The notes under the pieces are model-generated. The model made no database searches. It was not told the origin of the DNA and saw nothing but the letters and a program-made list of their open reading frames with translations. Made by a program: the position numbers and the translations under genes. DNA of 64,000 nucleotides. It comes from Gonapodya sp. JEL0774 (Eukaryota). This document shows, piece by piece, positions 14,901-28,500 of this stretch (positions are counted from its first letter, which is position 1; each line of letters begins with the position of its first letter). The stretch covers positions 1 through 64,000 of the forward strand of contig JADIIX010000040.1 in the NCBI GenBank assembly GCA_027604505.1. Direction: 5' to 3'.

Positions 14901-15310
14901 GATTCTTTCATTGAATGGTATGAACTGTTATCGAGGAGAATGAAGAATGAGTCGACTGGCTCAAACATATATGGAACTGCTCTGTGTGACAAGACGATCA
15001 CTTTGTAAGTGTTTCTCCCTGGTCCCTTGTTGAGATCGGGTACGGGGAGTGGCTCCCGCATCGTAGGTAGAGGGAAGTCGACAAGTTGGGACGGCAGAAA
15101 CGTTTCGGTGGGAAGTATGGAGGAGCTTTGAGCTTCTGGCGGGAGCTCGAATTTCTTCCTTTCATTGACCAAAGCTGTGCACGATTCAGGCCGCAAGGCC
15201 CCAGCAAGTTCTTGAACAGAAACAACTTCGATTTTATCATGGAACAAAGATTTACTTGCAGCTAGAAAATCTGTCACTGTTTCTGCCGCTGTGCCGTGCA
15301 TGCTCTTCAT
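5963..15310 (-). CDS. UTP20: U3 snoRNP/SSU processome HEAT-repeat protein Utp20 (DRIM)
   Basis: Very long multi-exon HEAT-like protein with a 1752-aa ORF containing FNNLQHLQVHRRVRAMRRL, LRSRMQSARDSTRETL, RGYQKHVMTYTV, LQFLLDYPQG and HPHSWIR. N-terminal SLPILLFNK motif and basic C-terminus. Ends are approximate. Confidence 0.9.
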
Positions 15311-15517
15311 TCTCTAGCTCCAGTGGCCACTGCAGTCGTTTGGCCTTCTCGGGCCTAGGATTTGCTTTTGAAAGTCGGTCTGTGTTCTTGAAAGGTCCAC
15401 GATGCGATTTGGTGCAGTGAAGAAAAAATTTTGCCGAGGATGGGTGCGGGTAGACAAAGGCTGATAACTTTCAGCTGCCGGGTGTTCACCCCCACTCCAT
15501 CCCTCCTCTTCGCGACC

Positions 15518-18500
15518 ATGGACACAAATCTGATTAAAACCATCAACAAACTCCAGGATGTTTTTGCGACAGTTGGCGTGCAGAATCCCATCGACCTACC
15601 CCAGGTGGGACCCGAAGTGCTTGCGATTGACTCCACTGAGACCAACGAGTATTTTCCCTCTTCTTCCACGGCCCTGCCACCATTCATGAAACATCTCTAT
15701 CATCCATACTCTGACGGTCGTGGCTAATGACTCCTCTGTGTGCCGTGTCGCTTAATGCTGCCGAAACTGGGGCCTTCAATTGAATCCGTTTGGGTTGAAT
15801 TCACAGATCGCCGTCATTGGATCCCAAAGTAGCGGGAAGAGTTCAGTACTGGAAAACATTGTCGGACGAGACTTTCTCCCTCGGTATGCAGCAGGAAACA
15901 GCGATTGGCTGTAAAGTCATGGTTTAGTGATCAACAGTCTGACCATTCCACCTTGGATTTGTTTGTGGTCACCGTTTCCGCAAAATCCTTAACTCTCGAT
16001 ACTTATTAGAGGATCTGGTATAGTGACTCGACGACCACTCGTTCTTCAACTCATCAACCGCCGACTCTCCACGCCTTCTCCCACTGGTTCTGAATCCCCT
16101 GCGCTGACCAACGGAGTCTCGCCTTCCTCCCCAACTTCTAAGGAACCCACTTCTTCGAATGGGGAACCCCTGGAGTGGGGCGAATTTCTTCATCTTCCGG
16201 GCAAGAAGTTCACCAATTTTGATGAGATTCGGGACGAGATTGTCAGGGATACCGACGCCAAGGTCGGCCGGAACGCCGGCGTGTCGGACCTTCCTATTAA
16301 TCTTCGCGTGTTCTCGCCCAACGTTCTCACCTTGACCTTGGTCGACTTGCCAGGACTGACCAAGGTGCCAGTCAATGGGCAGCCCCAAGACATCGAACGG
16401 CTGATAAAGGACATGATACTCAAGTACATTACCAAACCGAATGCCATAATTCTTGCAGTAACTGCCGCCAACACTGATTTGGCGAACTCGGACGGCCTGA
16501 AACTGGCGAGGGAGGTGGACCCCGAAGGTGTCCGAACTATTGGCGTTCTCACAAAAATAGACCTAATGGATCCCGGGACTGACGTTGTGGATATTCTTGC
16601 TGGTAGAATCATCCCTCTGCGACTCGGTGGGTAGTCTTTCATTCATTTGAGTTCCTCAGGTCGACCTGATGGTTTGACCATTCGCAAACGTTCTTGCCGC
16701 TGAAGGTTATGTCCCCGTGGTGAACCGAGGACAACGTGATATTGATACGAAGAAGAAAATTGAGCGCGCTTTAGATGACGAACGTGCCTTCTTTGAGAAC
16801 CACCCCGCTTACAAATCGAAAGCGCAGTACTGCGGGACACCTTTTTTGGCCCGGAAACTCAACATGGTGAGATTCATAAGTTTTTGCGGCATGACTGTTG
16901 ACTCAACCGTGGGTGCTCCTGCTGGGCTAGATCCTCATGCACCATATCCGCAACACTTTGCCCGAGATCAAGGCGAAAATTTCCTCTGGCTTACAAAAGT
17001 ATCAAGCAGAGCTCGCACAACTGGGAGATCCTCTTGGAGACGGAAACGCTTCCCAGGCAAACTTGGTGCTGTCTGTCATTACGGAGTTTTGGTGCGTTGC
17101 TGGAACCCAATGTCAGCACTTCTTTTGGTTGCCCGCAACAATCTGATCGATGACATCTGCTACTGCATTACCTCCTCTTTTTTGGCGTTATCTCCCTGCT
17201 TCAGCAATGAATTCAGAACCGTCATCGACGGAACTTCGCAGGATCTCTCGTCGAACGAGCTTTCCGGCGGTGCCCGTATCTCTTACGTTTTCCACGAAAT
17301 TTACCGTGATGCCATCAAGAACATGGAGATTTTTGATCAGGTCAAGGATGTGGACATCAGGACGATCATGTACAACTCTTCTGGCTCCCAACCAACTCTG
17401 TTTATTGGTACAGCTGCCTTTGAAGTGCTCATTAAGCAGCAAATAAAACGACTTGAGGACCCCAGTCTAAAGTGTGTTCAGATGGTGTATGACGAATTAA
17501 CAAGGATCCTCAACCAGCTGCTGGGCAAACAGGTTTGTTGTTCAGTAAAATATTTCGAGTTCTCTCCAGTTCTTTGATGTGCTCTTATGTCGTCAAAATT
17601 CAGGTGTTCCGGAGGTTCCCCTCGCTGAAGGAACGCTTTTATGCCGTGGTGATTAATTATCTGAAAAAGTCACTGTCACCAACCAACAAAATGGTGACAG
17701 ACCTTATCGCGTGAGTTTAAGTTCAGGTCTTCCGCAATGTTTTTCGCATATTTACTTTTGCGGGTGATTCATCCAGTGCCGAAGCATGCTACATCAACAC
17801 TGCTCATCCTGACTTCCTTTCTGGCCACAAGGCTATGGCAATGGTACAGGATAAAATGGCACAGCAGAGGCAGTCTGGTATTTCAGGCCTGGTTGGTGGT
17901 CCCAATGACCCTAAATCGGGTCGGGGGGGAGCGAGCCCGGCTCCTCTGAGTGGACCTGCTGCAACCGTCGCCAGCGCTGATGGGGACTCCGGCTTCTTTG
18001 GTAGCTTCTTTGCAAAGAAGAAGAAGGCTGGCGGTGTTTTGGAACCGGTGAGTTTTTATTGATGGTGTCACATTCCAGGCCGAGTTGACCGTCCGAGCTG
18101 CTTCTCGAATTCCGAATCGAAGCCCCCGCCCGTACTGAAGGCTAGTGGCTCCTTATCTGAGCGGGAACTCGTTGAGACAGAAGTCATAAGTGGGTGTCAC
18201 AGAAGCGATCGAACACATTGGTTTCGCATTAATGGACACACTACTGTGAAAACGTGTTTCTAGAACTCCTCCTTCAATCCTATTACTTCATTGTGAAGCG
18301 TACAGTATCAGATGTTGTGCCGAAGGCCATTATGTTGAATTTGGTTACAGCTGCCAAAGAGGAGATGCAACGGGAAATGCTCTCAGAATTGTATAAAGTG
18401 GAGGTAATGGAGGAACTGCTCAAGGAGAGTGACGTGACCGTTGCAAGAAGGAAGGAGTGCCGGAAGATGATCGAAGCGCTAGTGAGTTTTGGCGTGAATC

Positions 18501-18688
18501 GAGATCCCTTCTTACCCCACGCTCCGTTTTCTTTTCCGTTTTCTTCGTGTGTTGATTTCACGCTGTTTTTGTTGGAAAATTCAGGCAAAGGCGGACGAAA
18601 TCATTAACGGGTGAGCATTTAAGCGTGATAAAGGTGGTTGTAATGAGGAAATTCTCATTTAACCGCATGATCTACCAACAGGGTTTAA
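15518..18688 (+). CDS. VPS1: Dynamin-related GTPase Vps1
   Basis: [71 protein letters not shown], and [22 protein letters not shown]. Spliced end KADEIINGV*. Confidence 0.93.
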
Positions 18689-18972
18689 TTAGATTGGTAT
18701 TCACGTGGTCTTACCCTGTGAAAACTGACTGGATGGTCTACTCGGTCGTTCTTCAGGACGGTGTGTGGGCCACCGGGTTTCGGGGGTCCTACTTGTCATA
18801 TGCTCCATAAATCAGTGTACTGTCGTTCAAAGTCTTTTCAGAAATCTACAGTAGAGAACGTGTAGATTTCGAGGGTTCATGTTCCCACATTCGGTGGTGT
18901 CTGGGATCGAAGTCTCGTCATGTGCACTCATAAAACTAAAACTTTCCTGAAACCCACACCATTTCATTCAGG

Positions 18973-20364
18973 ATGTTCGCAACTCCGGATCAGTTGCGGG
19001 CTTTAGACTATTCCCGAAATCGATTTTCCAATCAGACTGTGCGAGAGACCAATGCTCATGACTCCTTCCGCGTGCATGGGCTTGAATGGAACGGAGACGG
19101 AACAAAGTTGGCGACCTGTGGAGCGGATAAATTCATCAAGATTTTGAACATTGGAGGAAAGGATGCACCCCTCTCCCTTCGAGGCCATCTGGAAGCTGTG
19201 AATACCGTGTGCTGGGATCCGGTGTCCAGAGACAGGCTCGCATCAGCGTCAAAAGACAAGACCGTCCGAATCTGGGACCAGCGAAGTGCGTTTTGGAGTT
19301 ACTTTGGCTCTAGGCAGCGGGAAGTTTCAGGAAGATCATTGTTGGACTCTCACCAACCTTCCAGCTGCCAAGTGCGAGAAGACCGTTCACACCTCTCACG
19401 AGAACGTCTGCCTTGCCTTCTCGCCCGACGGAAAGCAATTAGCCGTTGCCGACAATGATAGGACTGAAACGGTCACAACTGTTGATGTGGGGCAAGGCGT
19501 GGTGCTTACAACAACCAAAATCGGCTATGAAGTAGGATCCTTACTCGAGATCGCTAAGCGTCAATTGTTTATTTGACTTATTGCTATTGATTTTCATCGA
19601 CCAGGTCACGGAACTTCTTTATAGTCTCACAGGAGACTACTTGTTCATAGCGACACTCGATGGTCAAATCCTTGTGTACTCAGTGGCTACAATGACACGC
19701 GTTCACACTGTTCATGGCCACACAGCAAATATTTACTCCATTAAAATTGATCCCAGGGGCAGGTACGCAGTCGATTTTGGTTCGCAAGCTCCCCTTGTCT
19801 CCAAGACTCGAACCATTCGTGTCGACTTTTCTTCTCTATAAATCTGTTTGACTTCTTGTAGATATCTGGCTTCTGGTGCAGCGGACGGAATCGTCTCCAT
19901 CTTCGATTCCTCGGAACTCATCAGCGTGCGCACGTACACCAATGTTGAGTGGGTCATCGCTTTTCTCCATCTTGTTCATTTGCATTATGCATGACTGACA
20001 CACGTTTTCAGAGGGCCCGTTCGAAGTATATCATTCAGTTACGACGGCGAGTACGTAGCCGCGGGCTCAGAGGAGACTTCAATAGAGATCGTGAGTTTCT
20101 GGGGTGACTGTTTCTCTGTGATGCTTACCATTCTTAGCATCAGTAATTATTGCTTCATCTTGCAAGTTTCACGCGGACACTTGCCTCCCTGTCGGCAAAG
20201 TGCCGCCGCCCACTCCCAGCTACAATTGTAATGTTGTCGCATGGCATCCCCATCGCTACCTTCTGGCTCACGTTGGAGACTCGCACGAAACTAGCGCAAG
20301 GCTTCAGAACGGATTCGTAAGGCTGGTGCAGTTTGGGTCGGACCGAGATTTCGGGGGGCGATAG
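18973..20364 (+). CDS. TEX1: WD40-repeat protein, THO/TREX subunit THOC3/Tex1-like
   Basis: WD repeats (WNGDGTKLA, LRGH..ASASKDKTVRIWD, GHTANIYSIKIDPRGRYLASGAADG, SFSYDGEYVAAGSE) and C-terminal VAWHPHRYLLA, as in THOC3. Confidence 0.75.
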
Positions 20365-20696
20365 TTGCCGGAGCGCATGGCGATACCCAGCTAAATACCA
20401 TGTAACATTTCTTACATGTCCGAAAGAACAAAGTATTTTTTCGCGACATCAATGATGACGGGTCGACTGGCATATGCATCGACTCGTGTCGCATTGTGAT
20501 CCGCATTTAGTGCATGAGCTCGACGGTTACACTTCGTGCATCAACGAACCATCACGCTATGACTAAAATACATTCTGTGCGGAACATCATCATTCACCCC
20601 ATATCACGCCTTCCAAGTCAACTGGCCGGCCACAGTCGCACGCATCTCACAGACCGCACCTGATGACTTGACTCACTTCGTCGCTCCATCCACGTT

Positions 20697-23600
20697 TCAC
20701 TGAGTCGGGACCACTCCCTGAGCTGCAGGTACGACTTGCGTTGGTACTTGAACTGGGGCTGGCATCGTGGGTACAACTTGGACTCCGGGTGGAACACCCG
20801 GTACTGCCACACCAGGGAGTGCTTGCACCGGAACTGGCAATGGGACTCCTTGTGGTACGCCCCCTGTGACCATTATTTGACCATCAGGACCTTGCTGGAA
20901 CTCTGCACCCGCAGCCATGAGCATTTCTGGTGTCATCATCACCACTTGAAAACCAGGGGGTATCATTTCGGGTGGGAATGGCATTGTCCCAGGCTGTGCA
21001 TAAACGAAAGGACCACGGGGTCCGCCGGCGGGCGGGAATCCTTGCACAGGCACGGAATGAAATCAATATGAGTGTCTTGCAATTGAATGAAAACGATCCC
21101 TACTCACCAGGTGGTGACATGGGCCCACTTTTTTGAGGGAATCTCCCTGTCTGCATCATTTGCGGTGTCGCGTATACCGGTGGTCTACCGGGAATGGGCT
21201 GATAATGCGGCATTGCGTACTTCGAAACAAAATTGAAAACCCATACGACAAGCCACCTATCAGAAGTCACCAGCCTGCAGACTTAACAGACGTACTCACC
21301 GGATACGGCCCCAATTGCGGGTTGGGCATCATGACCACAGGTCCATACGCCTGACCGTTCGTCCCCATGGCCATTGGACGGGCACCGATAGGCACCTATT
21401 TGAAAAAGTAAAACATTGGCGCGGTTGGAGAAGGTAGGGGTTGAGAATCTAAAAAGTTAACGAACAATAGTACACAAACCGACCTGGGGATAGAAGGGCA
21501 TGGGAGGATACACGTATTGCATTTGTTCGGGAGGGATGGGCATCGGTGGAGCAGGTCCTGTGATGCATCACCACATGCAGTGTCAAATTTTCAATTTCGT
21601 GGCCTGAAAAAGAGGAACCCGCAACTCACGTCCAACCTTCTTCCCTCCGAAGTATGCCATCTTATCACCTTGCCCTCCACCAGGCGAATGTGGGGCGGCC
21701 GACGGCATCATTAGACCCGGGCCACCCTGCAAACCAAAGGCCATAAATATGTTCACATTCACAAATGTGTAAGACGATTGAACTCACAGGCACAAAGTCC
21801 ACTGCACCAGGGTTGAAAGAAAACTCCTCTGCCTCCACATTAAACTTAAATTGCTTTTCATCGTCATCTTCCTTCCCTGACTCCTGGGGGGCACCTTGAC
21901 CGGAGAGCGTAATACCGTTATTTCCAGGTGAAGCAATCGCCGGGCTCCCGCTTCTGCTCCCATGCGCTGTGGTGGGTGCGGTGTGTGCCCGGTTCGCGGC
22001 TGCTGCACTTGGTGGTCTCAATCTTGCTCCTTCTTCACTTTGCTTTGCTACAGCCATCACGGACGCAGATCGCGCTGCAAGTTCGCCTGGGGCAGCACTT
22101 GTACTGACAAGCAGGGGGGATGGGGCAGAGGATTGTGCGGGGGAGGCAAGTGAGGCAGAGGCAGGAGCGGTGGCAGAAGTTGGCGTGTCGCGACGGATGA
22201 TATCTTTCAAATCCTCAGGAACGGGTGCCTTAATCTGGAGTAGTGATCAAACAATGGGACACGGCAAAAATTTCAGAAATGGAGCAGCGATGGTCGTTCG
22301 GAGAGCGCAAAAGCTCAGAACTTGGTAGCAGAATAATCCCTTCACGCAGAAACCAACCTTAAAACTCGTACTCCATGTTTTAAAATCCTGCAACAATGAG
22401 ACTTTATTCTTCTGGGCAATCTGTTGCTTCTTCTGGAGCAAATTTTCCTTCTCCTTTTGAGAAAAATCGCGAAATCGGTCGGAGAGCTCGTTAAAAATGG
22501 TGCCAACAGCAGCTGGAAACAGTGGGAGATGATGATGACAAGATCAGAGGTGAACATGCGAGGAGTTCGGGCGCGTGAAGTCGAGAATAATTTGATTTCA
22601 ACGCAGTAGGACACACCTCTTCCCTCCTCTCTTGCAGGACTGCTTGCCCCAGCCTGCCCCTCCTTCTCTCTTTCCCTCTCCTTCTCCTTTTCTACCTTCT
22701 CTTTCTCCTTTGCAGCTGCCGCTGCGGCTGCGGGTCTTGCAGCTACGGCAGCCTTGGCCACTTCCGTGGGCGTGGCTTTGGGGGTTTGCCCCATTGGTGT
22801 GGTGGCAAGCTGGTGAGTTGTGCTAGGAGCGGAAGAGGTGCTAGTGGCAGGAGCACGAGGGGCAGGAGTAGGCGTTGTAGGGTGGATGGATGTAGTAGTG
22901 GGTGCTTTTGCGGTAACGGGGGGCTTTGTTGGAGCTGGTGGTGGAGCGCCAGAGCCAGCAGAAGCTGACTGTGTGGCTGGCGTGATTGGTGTAAGGGGCG
23001 GTACTTGAGAATTGGACACTTTCGATCCAGGTAAAGCTGATGCTGACGAGGCAGCCTTCGCGTCCTTTACTGCTCCTGCAGCAGACACTGGAGATGCTGG
23101 CTTCCCTTCTTTAGGAGGCGCTGGAGACGGAGGCTTTCCCTGTCCCTGTGGCTTTCCTGTCGCTGTGGACTGTGATGCCGCCAATGGTGTTCCGCTGGGT
23201 GCAACTATAGCTGCAGCGCGAGCCGCGTCGCGGGCGCGGGCTTGAGGAGGAACGTACGCTCCCGGTGTGCGGGCCACAGAAGAGTATCTTCGAGGAGAAT
23301 CAAAAATGCCCATTCAAATACGTAATCATTGCAAAATCAGGAGCTTTTCGCACCTCCCCTCCTCATCGTCTTCTGTATCCGCAACGGCTTGCCCACGTTC
23401 TTCTGCAAGATGAGGATTAGAGGTGGACATCTGGAGGGAAGTTTGTTTGTTTTATGACGGATCGAATTCCCATAAAAACGTGTGTATGATTTCGGAATCC
23501 ATGAGGATGAAGTTTTAGAACATGTGGTGGTAAGTGATGACGAAAAGAAGTCTGACTTCTGCAGGAACTCCATTCACATTGAGCTAGTCTAAAGCTCCTG

Positions 23601-25234
23601 CTGTTTTCTTGCCCAGAAGCCCTGACAAGTCTCCTTTTCCCCAGTCACTTCCCATTTGCAATGATTAGCTCGGCCTTGCCCGATCTTTCGCAATCAATCA
23701 AGCATCCAACGCTCACTCCTTCTCTTGCTTCCAGCCAAAAAATCTCTGGACCCCGCAGACACTCGTTTTTGCACTCTTCAGTTCTTATCACCCTCCCCCG
23801 ACGAATAAAGCAACTCACCCCTTGAATCTCATTTGCGATCCTCGCCGCTTCGGTCTCCCTTTTTTTATAATCTGGCTTACTCCGATCGATTTTAGTCGTA
23901 TAAATTTCTTCCGCAAAGTCTGTTGTGACGCCGAAAAGCTTTTCATTGGCTGCGAATTGGTCCCATCTCTGTAAACTAGCACCACTCGCAGGTCCTGCGT
24001 TGCCGAGGGTACCAAGAGATCCCAACGCTCCCACAGAAAGATCGTCAGAAGGAGATTTGGGTATAGTGAGGTCTTCGCCGATGGCGGGGGAGCTTGTAGG
24101 GGCCACCCATGGTTTTAGTTCACGTGTTAGGTTCGGGAGTTGGGTGGTAGCAGTGTGGGAGGATATGGCGGTGTCGGTGAGAAAGGCTGGGCAGGTTGAA
24201 ATAGTGAGTGCGCGTGACAACGGGTCAGGGTTCGCAGGTGAGCATCGAGAAGAAATGAGGAGTCCAGTTCCAATGACCAGAACTCCTGTCTCGTGTACGG
24301 CATCGCAGCAATTCACGCCTGTCATCCATTACCCGCAAAAATTTCGCACAACAATTCCACTTCAATGTCATGTGGAACAGTCCGAGTATGAGAAGTAGAG
24401 TAAACCACAAAAGATCAACCCTTTTCCATGGTTCTCGGCATGTCGCTGAAGCAGGATCTTTAAATAACAGCTGCGGCGTGCGTCGTTCCCTGTGTCAGTC
24501 CTTTACTGTTTCTGTATCCGGTTCTTCAACGCTTCCGGTCCTTGCCGGAACGAGAAGACGGGGCCATCTGCCTGTGCGACACTCACAATCGTCCTTATCT
24601 TGAGCACTCAAGTCAACATTCTTTGCTGTAACCATGAGAACATCCTTCCCGGTGAATATCAGTTCTCTGATGAGGGGAAGTTGGGCTCGTTGAACACTCC
24701 TTGACGTTTCTGTTTCGGGAGCTACGCGCGAAGCCATCTTGAGGCACACTCCGAGGTCGTCTGGGCGAGCTGCATGAAAAATCCCCGAGTAGACGGCACC
24801 ATCCGTCGTTGTAACTTCGACATGGAGGCCCTGTTGCCAGAACGACGAGACGGGGGTAGAAAGTGAAAACGATCATCCCACCCAAAAAAATACAGTGATA
24901 AATGAATGTGATCAATCAAAAGTGCAAGGTGGGCGAATGGAATGCCAGGTTAAAAGCGACCAACAAAAGAAGGTAGGAACTCATATGCGACCGGACTCAG
25001 ACTCACAACCAGTGCAACCAGCAATCCCAATAAAGCTTCTCCAGGTGTTTCTTCTCCTTCGCCGAAATCCACTCTTTCCGCTCGGTCGCCCCATCCGCCC
25101 CGCCCTCCCCCACGTCCTCCCCACCCGCCTCCGTCCGCACCTCCTCGTCCTCCCCCTCCCCACCCTCCACGCATTCCACCGCCTGCACCTCCTCGTACTC
25201 CTCCTCGTCCACGTCCGCGCTCGCCGCGTTGCAT
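20697..25234 (-). CDS. PBP1: Ataxin-2/Pbp1 homolog (Lsm + LsmAD + PAM2)
   Basis: [13 protein letters not shown], Lsm[38 protein letters not shown] and [12 protein letters not shown]2-like [19 protein letters not shown], and a P/M-rich C-terminus. Confidence 0.88.
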
Positions 25235-25571
25235 CGTGAGGGGCAACGGCTGGTGTCAGAAGTGCACCCACTTCACCTTGGGGCTGGCTGTCTGGTACGG
25301 GTCCCTCTTTACCGCAAAGATCCACAGTGACACCGCATTTTTCTTCCCACTCCACCTTCCTTCTTTCGTATTATCCTCCTATTTGTTTTCTACTGCGTTA
25401 GAAATATACCTCCTTATAGTACAAGGCCAATTCAAACTGCGTCACGAAATTTGCAAAAAGTGTGGCTCCTATTACACTGGCCGCATACGTACGCACAGAG
25501 TCATCCACTGATGATTGTATATGTGCGCTAATATTCACTCATTTCAACACAAATTGGACCTCAATGCTCTC

Positions 25572-28500
25572 CTACGTCTGCTGCCAATTCCGGCGCGGAA
25601 CACCTCCCTGATTGCCACCACCACCCCGTCCACCCCCTCGCCCACCCCTGCCACCGCCGCGACCACCGTCTCGCCTTTGCTGACCGTCACTAACAAAGGA
25701 ATCGAAGCTTCCAATATTAAAAAACTAAGGAGTGCGAACAGGCCCATTCAACTCACCGCTGTTGGAACCTTTGTGCATCTTGTCCACCCTGCTGTTGGTT
25801 ACGCGCACCAGCATTTGGGCCAGCAGATCTTCCCTCGAAAGACTTTTCGTTGGAGTCCACCATTTGATTGAGCTATGAAACGACAAAGGTATGGTCGTAA
25901 AATGTAAAAAATGCCATCTGTCCCCCTCGTATTTACGCGTTCCCACCTTATCAGCGTATTGCAGCGCAAGGTATTGCAGCCTCGTCACACGTTGCCCAAC
26001 CCTCAAAACCACGATACCCTCTTTCTCGTCCACACTACCATCAATCTCTTCGTTCACGATCATCCTCGCGACAATCCTATCCACCTCTTTAGGCTCGATG
26101 CCAAAGTTCCCCGCCAGCAATTTGAGGCTGATGGAATTATGATATACGCTGCAGGAGAAGAGGAAGGTCCGCAAGGCTTCCTCTTGTATCTTCTTCGCCA
26201 ACATATCTTTGATTGAGGCAGTATTCGGAACAATGTCCCAGATCTTGATGGAGTGAATGAGCTCCGTAGATTTCTGCCAGTCTCCAAGAGACAGCGCTCG
26301 AGCGGATGCCATGATGTGATCACGAATAGTTTCAGGGGGGCCTGCGACAGAACACATGGGTTAACAATGCGAGCTGGAACCACCTACTCCGATACCTAAA
26401 ACTGACCTGTGAACACCTGCCTCTCATTGTACGTCAGCATCCTCCTGAAAACCTTGGAGATGACCTTACGACCGGAATCATGCCTGTTCGCTGCCATATA
26501 CGGCACCTCGAGCAGCATCGATGTTGTGAGATAGACACACTCGAGCAATTCTAAATTGATATGCATGTGGAAAGGCATCTGCCTCGCTTTCTCGAGCCTC
26601 TCCTGCTCTGGCGTTTTCTCCTCCCGCGGTCCCTTGCTGAGGAAACCCTGTGCCAAAAGTTCTCGTGGTCTTCCGGATTGCATGAACTCTTGCAGTGCTT
26701 GATTTGAATCCCTTATCATACCAAGCCGGAACGCGCACAAACCAATCTGAGCCAGAGTGCGGTTGAACAAAATTTGAGTGGAAACATCAGCAGACATGAT
26801 TGTCTCTTGGAGGTGCGACATCAGAAGTAGGTCGCGAGCTTCAAAGAATCGGTCGTGAAGGGCGTGGTGATAGACGTGAGTGAGAAGAGCGCGGGCGCGG
26901 AGACGGTCGTTGGGTTGATTGTACTGGCGGACTGCAAGTGAGTGAACAAGATCGCCGGCGTCGGCAGCAGGCAGGTCTGCAAGGGATCCGTGGCGCTTGC
27001 GGATAAGCTCCTCCGTTGTTTTAATGACCGCGTCAGGCTAAAGAGGCGTGTGCGACCGTCATTGGGATTACTATCACAAGTTTTCCCCACGACGCTCTTG
27101 TCCCTCGCTCACCTTGTAGTAGAGATGTTCCAAACGCCTCCCGACTGTTTGTGCAGTTTGCTCGCTCATATCATTGCGCTCAAAGTACCGTTGGCCGCAA
27201 ACAATAATACCGTACAGAACTACCTCATCTCTCAGTCGCTCGATGTACTCCATAGTGTGGGGGTCGATGTTCTGCAACGACCGAGTGAACTCATCGTCCA
27301 GGCGATCCACAAACGAAACGAGAGAGCCCCGAATGATGGTGCGCTCGCCAGCACGGGACTTGCTTTCGTTTTCCAGCTCATCCTCCTCATCTGTGGGAAT
27401 AGTTTCGCGGACCTCGATGTGCGGGTTCTTCCATAAAAGTGTGAATAATGTGTCCAGGTCCTTTGCCGCACTAGGATTGTGGCGAACATCAATAAGATTG
27501 TTCAGAGAAAATGCGCTTCGTCACATACTGACCTTGTCCAATTCTCCACACTTAAATGCGCTACTGTACTCATATTGTAGTCGAATTGGGCTGGGATCAA
27601 AGCCAGAAGCACTTTGATTTTCTGGTGTGGGGATACCGCAACCTCTAACATTTGCTGGAATGTTCTGACTTGCTCCGATTTGTTTGTGGCCTGTAAGAGC
27701 ATTGTCATAAGATCTCTCCAGTACGTCAACGAAGACCTGCAGAACTCTTGCGAACCTTCTTCCCTCGCAACTCCAACGACTCCTTCAATTTTTTGAACAA
27801 GTTGTCGACCGTCAAGAGCTCGGAGCCTGCTTCGTTCCTCGCCACTTCCTCTTTCACTCTCACACCCTTTGCAGGCACCGATGTGAATCCGTCGCCGTCA
27901 CTTGGGCCAACAGGCGCAGAGGCTGCCTCATCCTCAGACTCGTCACCCCAAGTTTTTTCCTTTTTATCAACCAATGACTTTACCTTCGGCTCAACTTTCG
28001 GTGTCAGCGCCAGGATGGCTGCATCGTAAGCAACGGGATCCTGTCACACGTAGCAGCAAAATCACTCCACTATAAGTTCAAAGTCACATAATAAGGATAG
28101 ACTTAAAACGATGCTCACCGCTTTGAATAACTCTACGAATCCCTGAACGTCCTTGTTCCACTTGCGAACTTTTTGCTTCATGGCCATGAGCGCCTTTGCA
28201 TTGCTCTGGTTCATCTTTTTGCGGTCCGTCTTCTCGAGCGTGTCCTTTACGTGATCTTCCAGCTCGGAGATAGCGCGCATATAGAAACGCGGCGGGGGGT
28301 GATTGGGTGTGGGCTGGAGGAGGTTGGAGTTTTTCGTGGCAGCTTTGGTGAGCTTGTCGAACTCTGGTGAAGAACGCGGACTTCAAGACAAATGTGCAAA
28401 AGACAGTGCTCTTACTCAGGAACACATACCGTTCTGTATGGAAACCCAGTCGTTAATCTTCCGTCCGTTGTCTAGGGAGTGAATGATTGTTTCCAGCTCC

